64,000 bases of DNA, taken from positions 47,120,001 through 47,184,000 of the forward strand of contig CM060732.1 in NCBI GenBank assembly GCA_030704615.1, given 5' to 3'. The notes under the pieces are model-generated. The model saw nothing but the letters and a program-made list of their open reading frames with translations, did no database searches and had not been told where the DNA came from. Below are positions 61,681 through 64,000 of this stretch, piece by piece (within the stretch, counting starts at the first letter, position 1; each line of letters begins with the position of its first letter). This stretch comes from Takakia lepidozioides (taxonomy: Eukaryota; Plantae; Bryophyta). A program made the translations under genes and the position numbers.

Positions 61681-64000
61681 CTTGTGCAAGAAAAGGGTGG
61701 ACATGGTTTCTAACAGCATGATCCTACGCTCAGAATTTGTTCTACCTTGGCCTGGAGTTGTTTATTTAGAAGACCTTATTGCACCTTACCCAGAAGACTT
61801 GTAGTTTCCACCTGGCACTATGCAATGGTATCCTAGAAAGCATTCTTCATTCATTGTCTGTGTCTGCAGTGTTACCTGAGTGACATACTCAGCATCAGAT
61901 GAACCAAGACACATTGTGGAGGTCAAAAATGTCCATATTCCAGCTGGAAAAAAACCCTGATCCATGGAAGAAGAAACTAGTACGCTGGAGAACTTGATCT
62001 ATCTTCTCAAAAAGAGAGATTCCAAGACGGTGTGTAGTTGCACAGCATCCGGTGTCACCCACTGGAATCTTTCCATGCACAGATGGCTCCATGCTCTCAT
62101 CAAAGAGCTTGGCCACACATTTCATGCTGGTAACCTTCAAGATAAGAAGTCAAGTTTCCTGGAGTGAAGATTGCTAGGAATCTGCCGACCCTATTCCATC
62201 TGACCAATGTTCTCGTTCTTCCTGATCATTTTAGTGATGTATTCAAAGACAACTCCCCTTGAGGAGAGCTGTAACCGCCATTACTAGGACTCCACAACCA
62301 GAGTCTAAAACTGGGTTGTAGAAAGTCAAGGACTTCAAAAGTGAAGAAATGGATGGTGGGCAGTGAGGATCCCCGCAAATTTTTCAAAAGTTTGTTCAAC
62401 ATGTGACCACGCAATATTAGAAATTAATAATCCAGAAATCAATTTGTACTCAAAAAACAAATGATTGTAGTAACATGGGATCAGCTTCCAACATTGATGG
62501 ATTTTTTTCTCTCTTTTTTTGGTATACCAAAACAGGGGAAGAAGCCCTGCAAATGACTCATGGACTTGGAGAGTAAGAAATTGAGGTTTTCAAAGGAGAT
62601 AACATGTTAGAGTGAAATATGTATGTACTCTTGAAATCAAGGTTTAAGTTGAATCTTTATTCAAAAGGCACTGTTGGGAATGACACCTTCATCAAGAAAG
62701 GTCAAGAAGTATCTGGTATGTACTATAGGTGTTGCATAAAAACTGTTGGAAGAACTGCTTGGATCGCAATCTTGGTCATGACAGCAATACCTTTAGACTT
62801 ATGATCTTGAGGGAGGAACTTGTGAGTGATTTCTCAGCTCCCCTTATCAAAATTTCTATGAGCACACCTTCTGATACATCAAGCTCTCACTCGAGAGTCT
62901 AGCTAGCTGAAATGTTCACTGTAGACCTGTTCTCATCTACATTCATGTCAAATGCAAGGTCTAATCGGTCCAAGGTATATCGTGCACCATTGGTTTTTAT
63001 AAATCGTGGTGTTGTTTCTCTCTTAAACCCATGAACTCACATCCCGCGCAACAGCTTACAGCTAGTAGGTACACTTGAAGGAACTGTATGTCCTGCACAT
63101 GTATAGCCATATAACGATAACTCAGTTGTAGTTGGATGGAAGCCTGGTGAAGTAGCATGAGTATCATCAAAAGATCAAGTGCAAGCTTAAAAGCCACACA
63201 TATTATAATTATAATTTAGCTTTGGACATTATCTAGAAGTAATTGACAAGGCCCAAGTTTTGCTAGTCAAATTGGAATTGCTACGAGAGATTCACTAACT
63301 TAATGTGTGTGCCATGGACTCACAAAAAGCTAGATAAAGGTTTGACAGAAATGTTTTGGACAAAGAAAACCCACCATCACACTTAGAGCCTCCGGGGGAC
63401 GGTGCGATTGCATTGCTTGAGAAGTATGAGAGCTAAAGTTGACTCCCCAAACGCTAGCGTAGGACGTGATAACAAAGCACAAACATGAGGCATCTGTTAT
63501 CATAACGGCCGCACAACATGCATTTGTGGGCGCGGGGGTGACGTGCCTAATATTGCAGGAAGACAAGGCAAGGCGTCACTACAATCCGCTACATGCGCCG
63601 AGGCCACCATAGCCAGCAACAGCAACAAGTTGGTCAGCCCAAGCTCAACTATCATCTTCATTGAAGGCATGACAAAGAGGACAGAAACACGAAAGAGAAG
63701 GACTGGCATGGAGGCGATGAGAACACCGAGGGCAAGTCGAAGAACGCAAGGCAAAAAGAGAGAGAGCCAGAAGATGATCTGGAGAAGAGACTAGATGGAT
63801 AATACTAGTCTAGATCTGCGTGGCTGCGTTTATATAGGGGCATCGAGACGTAGGACTTTATATGTACCCCTACGAGCTCTTCTCGCTGCCACATGTCAGC
63901 GGTCGTTCCGTGTAGGGTGGGCAACCCATCCCTTGGCTCCATGGACCGCACAGTCAATGTCGAGGCTGCAGTTGCCACAACCGCCGGTCACAAGGGAGAG

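Noticed and set aside
61850-63200. Possible very old LINE remnant (also 25100-25600)
   Set aside because: Only a vague resemblance, with no diagnostic RT or endonuclease motif readable.
63480-64000. Possible LTR or promoter (minus-strand TATA at ~63830)
   Set aside because: It is cut by the window edge, with no second LTR, PBS or coding evidence.

Overview
Eukaryotic land-plant nuclear DNA (spliceosomal GT-AG introns, PLS-class PPR genes). A seed-free plant is likely, but that is inference. Host genes: an intact 11-exon full-size ABCB transporter (minus, 15445-23504), an intact PLS-E-DYW RNA-editing PPR gene (minus, 54252-56816) and a divergent paralogue with a broken E/DYW region (plus, 59208-~61680). 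Mobile DNA dominates the rest. (1) A 19.6-kb Mutator/foldback-type element at 31175-50766 has a perfect 9-bp TSD (ATTACAGGG) and multi-kb inverted arms built from a telomere-like GGGTTACA motif. It carries a SWIM-type MULE transposase and a convergent zinc-knuckle...Ulp1 protease gene, and the motif also fills its introns and coding sequence. (2) A complete 3.1-kb piggyBac at 8274-11386 has TTAA TSDs. (3) There is a decayed LINE. (4) At the left edge, an array of 16-bp-stem hairpins abuts a decayed intron-containing gene that fuses a ParB/Srx-like domain to a beta-class (N4C/N6A-type) DNA methyltransferase-like domain. Items 1 and 4 are the best candidates for an undescribed system. All family calls come from motifs read by eye; no database search was run.
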